This document shows, one piece after another, positions 8,717-17,885 of a stretch of DNA of 64,000 nt. Made by a program: the position numbers and the translations under genes. Source of the stretch: a virus; the IMG/VR virus record IMGVR_UViG_3300023106_000010, positions 22,911 to 86,910 of that record; one strand, written 5' to 3'. Position 1 is the first letter of the stretch, and every line of letters starts with the position of its first letter. A model generated the notes under the pieces. That model was not told the origin of the DNA and did no database searches. It saw only the letters and a list, made by a program, of their open reading frames with translations.

Positions 8717-11104
8717 ATGGACGTAATCGTTCCAACTAAATTAGCAGCGAGTGTTTTTACAAGAGCCTCTATTGCCTCTTTTTATAATAGCACTGCTGTC
8801 TTGTCGTATGCTGCTGTAAACGTCCCTCGGGCAAACTATGACCCTACTAATCTCAGTAACCAACCTACTCCTCTTTTTGAGAGCAATACTACTAACCTAA
8901 CTCCTTACCCAGAAAACTTCTTGTTTGGCGGGGATGCTAGTGGAGTAGCAACAAGTGTAAACAATGCCACTTGCGAATATAATTGCAGCGTGGCCCCGGA
9001 TGGTAGATTCTTCGCAGATAAGCTAGTAGAGACTGCAAGCAATACAGTACACGGCGCGCTTATGGGGGGGTTTTCCGCAGGTGTGAATACGACTTACTCG
9101 GTATTTGTCAAAGCTGGAGAGCGAACTAAGTTTCGTTGGGATGCTGTACCAACAGGCGGTTCTGGTATTACAGACTCGTGGGTATTTGATCTGGTCGCAG
9201 CAACAGTCACAAGGTCAACGACAGGTGCTACAACAGCTATTATTACGCCTGTAGGTAACGGTTGGTATCGTTGCTCGATGAGCGGAGCATCAGCTTTGAT
9301 CGATGCTACTAATTTTAATATGATGTCTGGCACGAATGTAATTTACACAGGTAACAGAACTTCTGGGATGTACTTGTGGGGCTTTCAGGCTGAAACTGGT
9401 TTGGTGCCCACGAGTTATATTCCACCTACTTACACTTTCACCAGCCGTGCTGGTACTACTGCCACTTATATTAATTCGGCAGGAAACATTACCTCGGCAG
9501 CAGCTAACGTTGCGAGGATGCATTATATCGCAGATAATTTGAGCTTAGCTCCGCGACTATTATTTGAACCTGCTGCGACTAATTTGTGTTTGCAGAGTTC
9601 TGCGTTTAATACCTCCCCTTGGGTTGCACAAGCCGGCCTAACAATAACTGCAAACTCAACGATTGCACCTGATGGGACAGCCGTAGCTGAAACCATTACA
9701 GACCCTTCCGCAGTTGCTAATGCTTACGTAGGGCAAGACATCACAGTTGCTAACAACAGTGCAGGTTACGTACTTTCGGTTTTTGTTTTGAAAACAGTAG
9801 GAGCAACAACGTTCCCTTGTCTGGAGTTGGCTTTAGGTGGAGGTAGCCCTCAGATTGCAGGAGGTGTTGTTATTGACACTAATGCTGGGGCTATCCAGAG
9901 ATATGGGACAAGCACGTCAGTCGTATACGGGCGAGTAGATTCTTGTAAAGACTATTGGAGAATAAGTGTCGGTATTTACAATAATAATGCAGGAAACACT
10001 GTGGCATCTTGTAAGGTTTATCCCGCTGTAAACACAAACGGCTCGACTACTTTTAATGTAGCAACAACAGGCTCGGCAATTATCTGGGGTGCTCAACTAG
10101 AAACTACTAACACAGGCTTCGGAACATTCGGAACAGCTAACCTGACACGTACATCCTACATCGCTACAACCACAGTCGCTGTAACTCGTAATGCTGACAT
10201 TATATCAGCTACAGCAACAGATCGTGCAGCAGATACTGTGGACGCACAAGGTATGTATTACACGAACATTCCTGAGAATGATTTCCCTGTGTGGAGTGGA
10301 GCTACAACTTACGGCATTGATGTATCTGGTAGCAATTCAGTAATCTACAAACACGTAAAGTATGCATCACTACAAGCGTCCAACACCAACCACCAACCAG
10401 ATATCAGCCCTACATGGTGGTCTGTTATAGGCTCCACAAATGCTTATGCGTTAATCGATACACAAGTTGGTACGCAAACTTCCACTAACTCTGGCAATCA
10501 CATTCTGAGTTATTTCACAGGTCCAACTCAATCTAGCATTAGCTTGATTAATGTCTCAGCAGATTATATCACGGTAAAGGTATTTTCAGGTGGTGTGCAA
10601 ATGTACACTAACACTGTGGATTTTACTGGAGGTTCTTCAGGAGTACCAATTACAGATTACACTATTACAGGACTTACCCCATATATTAATGGTGTTATAT
10701 CTCTGGACGTGTATGCTGATAACATCAAACCAGCTATTGGTAACTTCGTAGTAGGTACTAAATACTACTTAGGTTCAACTGAGACATCCCCAACAATTGG
10801 TATTGTTGACTACTCTGTCAAGACAATTGACGCATTTGGTAATCCTACACTTACAAAGCGTGGTTATGCCAAGAGAATGAATACTAAGCAACTGATGGAC
10901 GATTCTACTGTCGATACTGTTGCAAGGCTTATGTCGCAGATTCGGGCTACTCCTTGTGTGTGGAATGCTAACACAACAATGAGAAATCTCACAAGTAATG
11001 CCAAGACATCTTTGATTGTCTATGGGTATTATAAGGATTGGGAAATTAGTGTTGATTATAAGTCTATTAGCTATTTGACGTGTAGTATTGAGGGACTTAT
11101 CTAA
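8717..11104 (+). CDS. Tail tip/distal tail protein with two inserted beta-rich (lectin/spike-like) domains
   Basis: 795 aa, directly after tape measure; Thr/Ser/Gly/Asn-rich; two homologous internal modules (FT.RA...FE...TNL...APDG...SVFV...W.R.S...WG.Q.E...TSYI); C-terminal DYS.K..D.FGN...KRG..KRM region. Confidence 0.75.
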   Translation: MDVIVPTKLAASVFTRASIASFYNSTAVLSYAAVNVPRANYDPTNLSNQPTPLFESNTTNLTPYPENFLFGGDASGVATSVNNATCEYNCSVAPDGRFFADKLVETASNTVHGALMGGFSAGVNTTYSVFVKAGERTKFRWDAVPTGGSGITDSWVFDLVAATVTRSTTGATTAIITPVGNGWYRCSMSGASALIDATNFNMMSGTNVIYTGNRTSGMYLWGFQAETGLVPTSYIPPTYTFTSRAGTTATYINSAGNITSAAANVARMHYIADNLSLAPRLLFEPAATNLCLQSSAFNTSPWVAQAGLTITANSTIAPDGTAVAETITDPSAVANAYVGQDITVANNSAGYVLSVFVLKTVGATTFPCLELALGGGSPQIAGGVVIDTNAGAIQRYGTSTSVVYGRVDSCKDYWRISVGIYNNNAGNTVASCKVYPAVNTNGSTTFNVATTGSAIIWGAQLETTNTGFGTFGTANLTRTSYIATTTVAVTRNADIISATATDRAADTVDAQGMYYTNIPENDFPVWSGATTYGIDVSGSNSVIYKHVKYASLQASNTNHQPDISPTWWSVIGSTNAYALIDTQVGTQTSTNSGNHILSYFTGPTQSSISLINVSADYITVKVFSGGVQMYTNTVDFTGGSSGVPITDYTITGLTPYINGVISLDVYADNIKPAIGNFVVGTKYYLGSTETSPTIGIVDYSVKTIDAFGNPTLTKRGYAKRMNTKQLMDDSTVDTVARLMSQIRATPCVWNANTTMRNLTSNAKTSLIVYGYYKDWEISVDYKSISYLTCSIEGLI

Positions 11105-11140
11105 ATGTATTTTAACGTAGCACTCTTGAAAGGGAATATT

Positions 11141-11215
11141 ATGAACACTGCTCCACGTATGACAGGAGGAGGAACCCCACCACCTCCGCCTCCTCCAAAG
11201 CCTTCTAACAAATGA
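11141..11215 (+). CDS. 24-aa polyproline micropeptide MNTAPRMTGGGTPPPPPPPKPSNK
   Basis: Start context AAAGGGAATATTATG matches this phage's AATATTATG starts at 564, 12056 and 59191; seven Pro codons with varied third positions; TGA overlaps the next ATG (ATGA). Confidence 0.65.
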   Translation: MNTAPRMTGGGTPPPPPPPKPSNK

Positions 11216-11610
11216 TATACCTAGCCCTATTCATTCTCGCAATATGGTGTAGTAGGGCTAACCAAGGTGCTATGTGGATGACAGTGGTAATTGGAATAAG
11301 CTGGTCAGCACATTATCCCTTGAGCTTGATGACAGACAGAAGTGCATGGTTCATGATTGTGTTCTTTGTAGACATGTTTATCATCTACGCAGCCATTGCT
11401 GTCTGGCGTCAATCTTCGTTACCAATCATAGGACTGTCCTTCATGCTATGTGTTGGACATCTTATTGATTGGCGGTACGAGACAGACCCTGTGTACTACC
11501 AGATTGCGAATTATTTAGAATACTTAGAGATTATCAGTTGTATAATCTTTTCACCAGTTGTACTAGATTTTATTAAACAAAGGATTAGATATGCCTTCAG
11601 GGGAATTTAG
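11212..11610 (+). CDS. Multi-pass (about 4 TM) membrane protein of unknown function
   Basis: 132 aa with several hydrophobic segments; translationally coupled to the micropeptide. Confidence 0.75.
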   Translation: MIYLALFILAIWCSRANQGAMWMTVVIGISWSAHYPLSLMTDRSAWFMIVFFVDMFIIYAAIAVWRQSSLPIIGLSFMLCVGHLIDWRYETDPVYYQIANYLEYLEIISCIIFSPVVLDFIKQRIRYAFRGI

Positions 11611-11953
11611 CTGGATGTTGTCAGGAGCTTTATTCCTCTTGACAATCTTATTCGGAACGGTCTGGTATTTTATCAGGTCCGAGGTTCAAAGCCTTAAAGA
11701 TGCCGATGAACACAACAATGACAGGTTCCTCAAAATCGAATCTAAACTTGAAAAAGGATTAAGCGAGATGAGGGAAGAAGCGAAGCACATGGTGGAGAAA
11801 TCCCAGCAACGTGCAGATAGAGACATTGAACTGCTCCGCTCTGACATGCGCGACCAAATGGCACAAATGCGTGAAGCCTTGCGCAGTACGGAACAGAATA
11901 TTCTGAACCAACTTAATTTGTTGTTCAGAGCCAATAACATCGGCAGCAATTAG
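11591..11953 (+). CDS. N-terminal TM plus coiled-coil protein (possible holin/antiholin-type lysis accessory)
   Basis: Single hydrophobic helix (WMLSGALFLLTILFGTVWYFI) then a charged heptad region; immediately upstream of endolysin. Confidence 0.55.
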   Translation: MPSGEFSWMLSGALFLLTILFGTVWYFIRSEVQSLKDADEHNNDRFLKIESKLEKGLSEMREEAKHMVEKSQQRADRDIELLRSDMRDQMAQMREALRSTEQNILNQLNLLFRANNIGSN

Positions 11954-12055
11954 TAATACACAAGCCCACGTAAGATTTATCTTAAAAGATGGGCATTACA
12001 ACTATCTCGTGCGTTGTGCACGCGTAAGTTTATTAGTCTACCAAAGGAAAATATT

Positions 12056-12616
12056 ATGAACAAAGAAGAATTGATTGCAACAGCAACACGTATTGCTAAG
12101 AAGTTTATCCGCCCTACCGAAGAACTCTCCCTTGTAGCTTATCCGGACCCTTACAGCGCATTGGGTAAAGCTCTTGAGAACAACCTGAAATCTCGTGCGT
12201 ATCGTGACGGTAAGTTTGTCATTCCGAAAGAATGGGAGAAGCTATCACCTGAACCAGTAACTATAGGGTACGGAGCTACCTTCAAAGGACTCAAGCTTGG
12301 CACTGTATGGGCGCTAGAACAGGCTGAGAGCGATTTGGATCAACAAGTGAGGGTTCGCATTGAGCAAGTTCTCAAAGCCGCTCCTACGCTGCTCAAACGC
12401 TCACCTGAGAAGCTTGCTGCGTGCGTATCGCTTCAGTTCAATATCGGGCAGTCAGCCTTCGAAGAATCCACTCTGGTGAAGCTGCTGAATAAAGAGGACA
12501 TGGTAGGTGCTGCTGAACAGTTCCCTCGTTGGAATAAAGTTAAAGGGCAAGTATCAAATGGCCTGACCAATCGTCGCAAGGCTGAGCGAGATTTGTTTAT
12601 CTCTGTGAAGGGGTAA
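12056..12616 (+). CDS. Endolysin, GH24 (T4/P21-type) lysozyme
   Basis: E-x8-D (EELSLVAYPD), TIGYG, A.VS..FNIG..AF..STL...LN, F.RWNK..G....GL.NRR.AE..LF; SD-supported start at 12056. Confidence 0.92.
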   Translation: MNKEELIATATRIAKKFIRPTEELSLVAYPDPYSALGKALENNLKSRAYRDGKFVIPKEWEKLSPEPVTIGYGATFKGLKLGTVWALEQAESDLDQQVRVRIEQVLKAAPTLLKRSPEKLAACVSLQFNIGQSAFEESTLVKLLNKEDMVGAAEQFPRWNKVKGQVSNGLTNRRKAERDLFISVKG

Positions 12617-12618
12617 TT

Positions 12619-12888
12619 ATGAAGTGGGCTACCATTAAGCGTTGGACGCTCGATATCTTCACTGAGGAGGATGGCCTCACAATTGACCCTGTACGTGCAG
12701 GGGCTGTAGGAGGTTCCTTCTACGGCTTTGTGTGCCACGCGTATCAAACCTTCTGGCAGCACGTACAATTTGACATGCTATCCTTCTCAGGGGGCTTGGC
12801 AGCTATTCTAGGCGTGCTTGGCATGTACCTGAAGACTAATAAGAAGCATGTGTCAGAAGCTCCTAAAGAGGAGAACGGTAATGTTTAA
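12619..12888 (+). CDS. Putative holin
   Basis: 89 aa, two hydrophobic segments, charged C-terminus, between endolysin and spanins. Confidence 0.6.
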   Translation: MKWATIKRWTLDIFTEEDGLTIDPVRAGAVGGSFYGFVCHAYQTFWQHVQFDMLSFSGGLAAILGVLGMYLKTNKKHVSEAPKEENGNV

Positions 12889-13258
12889 TCTCATTGGATG
12901 GCAAGCTAAGCTAGCTGAATACTTGATTGTGATTGCTGTGCTGTGTGGAGTATTTTATGGAGTTTACCACAAAGGTGGTGAGGATGCTCGTTCAGAGATT
13001 GCAGAAGAACAAGCTAAAGCAGACAAGGCACAACAAGATAAGTACAATCTTGTTTCCCAGAAGTATGAGGATTTGAAGAATACGAGGCAACAGAATGTCA
13101 ACACCATCACCAAGGAAATTACTCACATTATTGATAAGCCTATTTATAATGTGCAGTGTATCGATGACTCAGGTAGGATGCTCATCAACGATGCCCTCGC
13201 GGGACGTGCAGCTACCAAGCAATCTGGTACAACCGTGCAAGCCACTCCAAAGCCTTGA
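12881..13258 (+). CDS. Inner-membrane spanin (Rz-like)
   Basis: N-terminal TM, coiled coil, Cys near C-terminus; SD GGAG before ATG 12881. Confidence 0.8.
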   Translation: MFNLIGWQAKLAEYLIVIAVLCGVFYGVYHKGGEDARSEIAEEQAKADKAQQDKYNLVSQKYEDLKNTRQQNVNTITKEITHIIDKPIYNVQCIDDSGRMLINDALAGRAATKQSGTTVQATPKP

Positions 13259-13373
13259 GGGAACAACTGGAGCGGACTTGACACGTAATATTATCGCCAA
13301 CTCTCAGATTTACTGGGAGTGTGCTGACAGCAAGCAAGCGCTGATTGATGCTGTTACAACAAAGAACAAGTAG
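13095..13373 (+). CDS. Outer-membrane lipoprotein spanin (Rz1-like)
   Basis: Overlaps Rz in another frame; signal peptide ending in lipobox-like VGC; LP.NL.QPC and Y.EC motifs. Confidence 0.8.
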   Translation: MSTPSPRKLLTLLISLFIMCSVSMTQVGCSSTMPSRDVQLPSNLVQPCKPLQSLEGTTGADLTRNIIANSQIYWECADSKQALIDAVTTKNK

Positions 13374-13419
13374 TATGTACAGATGTCCTTTTCGGTAGAA
13401 AAGACTTACCCACTATCCT

Positions 13420-13998
13420 TCACAGGACGTGGGCTTTTTGTTGCCCATGATCTTCAGTATATCCAGCACCAAAACTATTCTGTAAAGATATCATCTTTTC
13501 CCTGTAACTCACGGCCAGATCGAAAGCTGTCTGATATCCATAAGTCAGAATTCTGAAGGACTTAGATACTCTTCGCCCAAGCTTGACACAGTGCCAACTA
13601 GCTCTCCAATAAAGATACCCTCGGAGATTAGCTAGCATGACGCCATTATGACCAGAAGTATTTCTAGGATTTATTGTTCTGTTGCGGGAATTAATTGCAT
13701 TCTCGACGCAGCGAAGATTCTGAATAGAGTTGTTCTTTTTGTTTCTGTCTATGTGGTCTATCTGAAAACTTGGAGATATCGGGCCATTTACTAGTTGCCA
13801 GATAATTCGGTGGACTTTATATACTTTATAATTTATACCGACAACAAAATACCCAGCCTTTTCTACACTACCTGCCACATCTCCCGGAGAGCATAAAACC
13901 CTCCCTACTCCCTTACCGCCCCTGCGCTCCACCTTCCATCGCAAACAACTTGGGGAGGTTTCGTCGTAATAGAAATATTTATTAAATTCTTCTTCCAA
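13420..13998 (-). CDS. HNH homing endonuclease
   Basis: YDETSPSCLRWK, VHRIIW, IDHIDRNKKNNSIQNLR; probable TTG start at 13998 after GGAG (track start 14040). Confidence 0.9.
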   Translation of the reverse strand: MEEEFNKYFYYDETSPSCLRWKVERRGGKGVGRVLCSPGDVAGSVEKAGYFVVGINYKVYKVHRIIWQLVNGPISPSFQIDHIDRNKKNNSIQNLRCVENAINSRNRTINPRNTSGHNGVMLANLRGYLYWRASWHCVKLGRRVSKSFRILTYGYQTAFDLAVSYREKMISLQNSFGAGYTEDHGQQKAHVL

Positions 13999-14011
13999 AC
14001 TAATCTCCAAC

Positions 14012-14032
14012 AATAAAAGCCCCTTTCGGGGC
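14012..14032 (-). terminator. Intrinsic terminator
   Basis: Minus strand GCCCC-GAAA-GGGGC-TTTTATT. Confidence 0.8.
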
Positions 14033-14049
14033 AGTTGCAATTTAAATAT

Positions 14050-14424
14050 TTAGTTAAGGACTTCTTCAAGTTCTGAGAACAATTCAGCCTTCTCAAGAAC
14101 GTCCTCAACTTTATCCTTTGCACGCGAAGACAAATACTGCTTCATCTGTGCTGGTTTATAGTCAGTCCCTTTGACCATTGCTTTAACAGCCAAACCAATA
14201 TCAGTCTTCAGGTCTTTAATCTCCCGCACCAACTCAGGTTCTTTGTCTTCTGTGAAAGCTTTCATTTCCTCTTGGATAGCTTTGATTTCAGCCTTCTTCT
14301 GAGTTAGGAAAACTTGGTCAGCTTCCCACTCTTTAAGTATCTGAGACTTGGTGTCCAAAGTACGCAGACTAGGGAGAACTTCTTGCGCGTAGGTTTGCAG
14401 GGTTACGTTTTGGTTCATTGTCAT
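14050..14424 (-). CDS. Coiled-coil protein, possibly a GapR/DsbA-like dsDNA-binding protein
   Basis: 124 aa helical; EIKDLK.DI...K...K pattern; functional call is weak. Confidence 0.45.
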   Translation of the reverse strand: MTMNQNVTLQTYAQEVLPSLRTLDTKSQILKEWEADQVFLTQKKAEIKAIQEEMKAFTEDKEPELVREIKDLKTDIGLAVKAMVKGTDYKPAQMKQYLSSRAKDKVEDVLEKAELFSELEEVLN

Positions 14425-14427
14425 TCC

Positions 14428-14616
14428 TTATTTAGTTTTAAATTGCACAGCAAAAGATTTATACAGAGCTTGCACGCCTACACAAAGCACCCAAGTGTAA
14501 CAAGCAAGGCACATGAAGCCGATTACAATAGTTGCTCCAGCGAATAGCATGAAGAGTGCTAGGGCTGCTAGTGGTACACTCACAACAAGTGTCAGAAGTG
14601 TTTTAATTGTGTTCAT
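14428..14616 (-). CDS. Small membrane protein
   Basis: Hydrophobic 62 aa; SD GGAG before ATG 14616. Confidence 0.6.
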   Translation of the reverse strand: MNTIKTLLTLVVSVPLAALALFMLFAGATIVIGFMCLACYTWVLCVGVQALYKSFAVQFKTK

Positions 14617-14641
14617 TGTTTCTCCAAATTGAGAACTACCA

Positions 14642-14670
14642 TTTTTACAAGTAGTTCTCAAGGTTGTCAA
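14642..14670 (-). promoter_or_regulatory. Sigma70-type promoter
   Basis: TTGACA-17-TAAAAA, spacer box CCTTGAGAA. Confidence 0.55.
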
Positions 14671-14673
14671 GGG

Positions 14674-15672
14674 TTAAAAGTCATCCCAACCTTCAACGGC
14701 AGTAGAGTGCGAATACTCGGTCACAGAACTCTCAAAGAAGTTCTCCTTTTTGCTGTGATCCAAATGAGCATAGGGGTTGACAGAAAATCCCTTGTACAAC
14801 ACACCAAGACCAACAACCTTCGCACGCTGATTAGCCATCCACTTCACATACGACTCCGTAGACTGTTTAGAGATACCAAGAATGTTGTCGCCATAAATCT
14901 CATGGCCCCACACAATCTCTTGTTCAACAGCTTCCCGAATCACTCCCTCCAACATCTTCATGTCATCTTCATCAAACATATCTTTGATAAGGAAGTTCAT
15001 AAACGACACATGAGTGACTTCATCGTTTTCAATATACTTGATAATCGCAGCAGGTTCAACAAGCTTATTACGTGAAGCTAACTGATAGAACAGATTGAAT
15101 CCATTGTAGAAGTAAATACCCTCTAGAACGAAATCTGCTGCCAAGGCCAGCTTATAGTTGTCCTGAGTAGGATCGTCTGCAAAAGCCTGATAGAGCTTTG
15201 CAATCGTCTTATTACGCTCAAGCAGCAGTGGGTTAGTTCGCCAGTAATTGTATATCTCCTCACGTTCCAAGTTAGGGAACAACTCTTGAAGAATGTATTG
15301 GTAGCTTTGGCTATGCACCAATTCTTGATATGCTTGCACAGTGAAGAGTGCGCTTACTTCTGGTGCTGTGATGTAATCCGAAAGCATTGGTAAGTTATTC
15401 ACTTGCATAGAGTCCAGAGCAATCAGGAAGCTTAGGGTGTTCTTCACAGCTTTCATCTCAGCTTCAGTAAGCTCTTTCAGCGTCGTCTTAGACTCTACCA
15501 AACTAACCTTCTGCGGCAACCAGAAGTTATTCTGCATAATGTTCAGAAGGTTAGTAGCCCACTTGTACTTGATACTATTGAGGTTCATGATACCGGTAGA
15601 GTTACCACCAACAATCAGACGATCACCAGTGGCATCACTACCGTGCTCATTGAATACTTTCTTGTGTTCCAT
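14674..15672 (-). CDS. nrdB: Ribonucleotide reductase class I beta subunit
   Basis: FWLPQKV, LDSMQ, QELVHSQSY (iron ligands and radical Tyr), LEGIYFYNGF, NDEVTH, ENFFE..VTEY. Confidence 0.97.
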   Translation of the reverse strand: MEHKKVFNEHGSDATGDRLIVGGNSTGIMNLNSIKYKWATNLLNIMQNNFWLPQKVSLVESKTTLKELTEAEMKAVKNTLSFLIALDSMQVNNLPMLSDYITAPEVSALFTVQAYQELVHSQSYQYILQELFPNLEREEIYNYWRTNPLLLERNKTIAKLYQAFADDPTQDNYKLALAADFVLEGIYFYNGFNLFYQLASRNKLVEPAAIIKYIENDEVTHVSFMNFLIKDMFDEDDMKMLEGVIREAVEQEIVWGHEIYGDNILGISKQSTESYVKWMANQRAKVVGLGVLYKGFSVNPYAHLDHSKKENFFESSVTEYSHSTAVEGWDDF

Positions 15673-15686
15673 TAAATCCTTTCAGG

Positions 15687-17885
15687 TTATCCGGCACACG
15701 CAGCACAGTCCGCTTCAGCTTTCTGCAATGTCGCATTCTTCTTAATGCTGCGAATATAGTAAATCGTCTTGCACTTCTTCTGGTGAGCATAATGAATTGC
15801 ATCGTACAAATCTTTAGCGGTGAAGCCTTCTTTATTCTGGTCTAGAATGAGTTCCATACTGCAACCAGTATCAATAAACTTTTGAGCCTCAGACACATAA
15901 TCGATAATCTCAATCGGAGAGTGCTTAGAGAACGTTTTGCCGTAGCAGATAGGATTTTCTTTTAAATACTTTGCAGCCACGAGCAAACTTCCATTGCCGT
16001 TGCCCTCGGCAAAGAAGCCCGAATACACCGGAAGCACGCTAGCGGAAGCATCTTGATAAATCGAAGTGCTGGTGGTAGGTGCAGGAGAAGTCAGTTGGCT
16101 GTTGCGCATACCATATTTGTCAATCTCTTTTTGCACGTCCATCCAAGCAATCTGACTCTCACGGCTGTTACTTGCAAAATACTCAATCTGCTTACCGTTC
16201 TTCCAATCCGAGTTCTCGAAAGCGTCGAAACTACCAAACTCTTTAGCGAGTTCAACACTCTCAAGGATAGCATTGTATTCTATAACCTCACTCAAGTCAC
16301 GAATCTCTTTGATGCTCTTAAAGTTCAACCAGTTCTTAGCGAGGTAGTCATGAAGGCCCATCTGCCCGATTCCGATTGTTCGGTAAAGGTTATTGTGGTC
16401 TTGGTTGATCTGGTCAGGAGATTTCGTCAAACTGATTCCATAATCAAGCATTCGAGTAGCGATGCGAGTTACCTTAGCCAAATGTTCGTGATCCCGGATA
16501 TTCCCTAGATTAATGGAACCTAGATTACAAACATGTCCTAGCACGTCTGGGAGAACATTAGAGAACGACTCTGTGCACAAGTTCCCACACACAATACCGT
16601 AAGCTTGCTTGTCACCCTTGTTAGGATTACGACGATTCATCTCGTCAGTGAAAGCAATGTAAGGCAAGCCACTATCAAACTGAGAGCGCATGATGATCTT
16701 CATCACATCTTTGGCTTTCAATTCTTTGGCAACCTTCAACTTACCGGCATAGAATGCTGCTTCGATCTTCTCGTAAGCTTGCTCAAACTCTTCGCACCAC
16801 ATACCACGAATATCAATACCAAGTTTCTTCTTAACTTCAAACGGGCAGAAGGTGATATAGTTCTGATTGGCCTTATCGCGTTCCAAAAAGAAGTCAGGCA
16901 TCGTTACTTGCGGGAACACATCAAATGACTTCAATCGCAAGTCACCGTGTTCTGTTTGCATGTCCAAGAAGCCTTGAATATCATTGTGCCAAACTGGCAG
17001 AGCACAAGTCACAGCACCCGCACGCTTGCCGCCTTGATTGACTGCCACAGCAGTATCATTAATAATTTTAACCCACTGAGACACAGGTCCAGCAGCATCT
17101 TCCGCTCCACCTACATCACTGCCTTCAGCACGCAGATAACCAAGGAATACTCCAACACCTCCGCCTTGTTTACTGATACGAGCAATGCGCTTTACATTAT
17201 CAAAGATCGATTCCAAGTCATCTTCAAGAGCAATAATGAAGCAAGAAGCAATGTTACCACCTTTACGCAAGTTAATCATGAAAGGTGTAGCAAGAGAGAA
17301 CTCACGATTACTCAGCACGTCATAAAACTCTTTGACTCGTGCAATACGTTTCTCTGGCTTCTCAAATTGACCAAAGCGCATTGCATTACCCATATGCATG
17401 TGCTGGTTCAATTCAAACTTACCGAGATACTTCTTCTTGGCAGTTACCAGAGACGAGTGAGAGTGCTCCAAGTCGCGGCAGTGGTCAATGTAATTACCAA
17501 GCTCGTTAATCTCGTCTTCGGAGTACGTGTCAAGAATGTCCTTGTGCCACTCGCCCTTCTTCGTGTTGTACTTGACAACCTCTAGGAAGGTCTTGCCACG
17601 CAGCTTGTAGTTGGCCCACATGTCAGCAGCAAGGGCTTTGCCTGCCACGTTCAGCCACTCAGGCTCCTGTGGCGTAGCAAGCTGTTTGGCGTGCTCGATA
17701 ATGTTAGCTTGGATAGCAGATGTCTTGATACCGTTCTTGATAAACTGGTCAATACGAGCCTCCAAGGCAAGAGGGTTGGCACCAGTGTTGCCCACTGCAT
17801 GAGCAATAGATTGCTTGATCTTGATTACATCGTAGGGAACTTTGACACCATCTCGTTTTTCTACAAATACATTTTTAGCAGTCAT
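15687..17885 (-). CDS. nrdA: Ribonucleotide reductase class Ia alpha subunit with N-terminal ATP cone
   Basis: VEKRDG ATP cone, ATP...N, SCF, GGGVG, NLCTE, CNLGSINL, APTTSTS, KTIYY, C-terminal CAACAG; SD-supported start 17885. Confidence 0.97.
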   Translation of the reverse strand: MTAKNVFVEKRDGVKVPYDVIKIKQSIAHAVGNTGANPLALEARIDQFIKNGIKTSAIQANIIEHAKQLATPQEPEWLNVAGKALAADMWANYKLRGKTFLEVVKYNTKKGEWHKDILDTYSEDEINELGNYIDHCRDLEHSHSSLVTAKKKYLGKFELNQHMHMGNAMRFGQFEKPEKRIARVKEFYDVLSNREFSLATPFMINLRKGGNIASCFIIALEDDLESIFDNVKRIARISKQGGGVGVFLGYLRAEGSDVGGAEDAAGPVSQWVKIINDTAVAVNQGGKRAGAVTCALPVWHNDIQGFLDMQTEHGDLRLKSFDVFPQVTMPDFFLERDKANQNYITFCPFEVKKKLGIDIRGMWCEEFEQAYEKIEAAFYAGKLKVAKELKAKDVMKIIMRSQFDSGLPYIAFTDEMNRRNPNKGDKQAYGIVCGNLCTESFSNVLPDVLGHVCNLGSINLGNIRDHEHLAKVTRIATRMLDYGISLTKSPDQINQDHNNLYRTIGIGQMGLHDYLAKNWLNFKSIKEIRDLSEVIEYNAILESVELAKEFGSFDAFENSDWKNGKQIEYFASNSRESQIAWMDVQKEIDKYGMRNSQLTSPAPTTSTSIYQDASASVLPVYSGFFAEGNGNGSLLVAAKYLKENPICYGKTFSKHSPIEIIDYVSEAQKFIDTGCSMELILDQNKEGFTAKDLYDAIHYAHQKKCKTIYYIRSIKKNATLQKAEADCAACAG

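Noticed and set aside
423-11962. GTAA(T/C)AC words before late-region hairpins (423, 474, 8672, 11953) as a late promoter or antitermination box
   Set aside because: Too short and AT-rich, and two overlap stop codons; cannot be separated from chance without the rest of the late region
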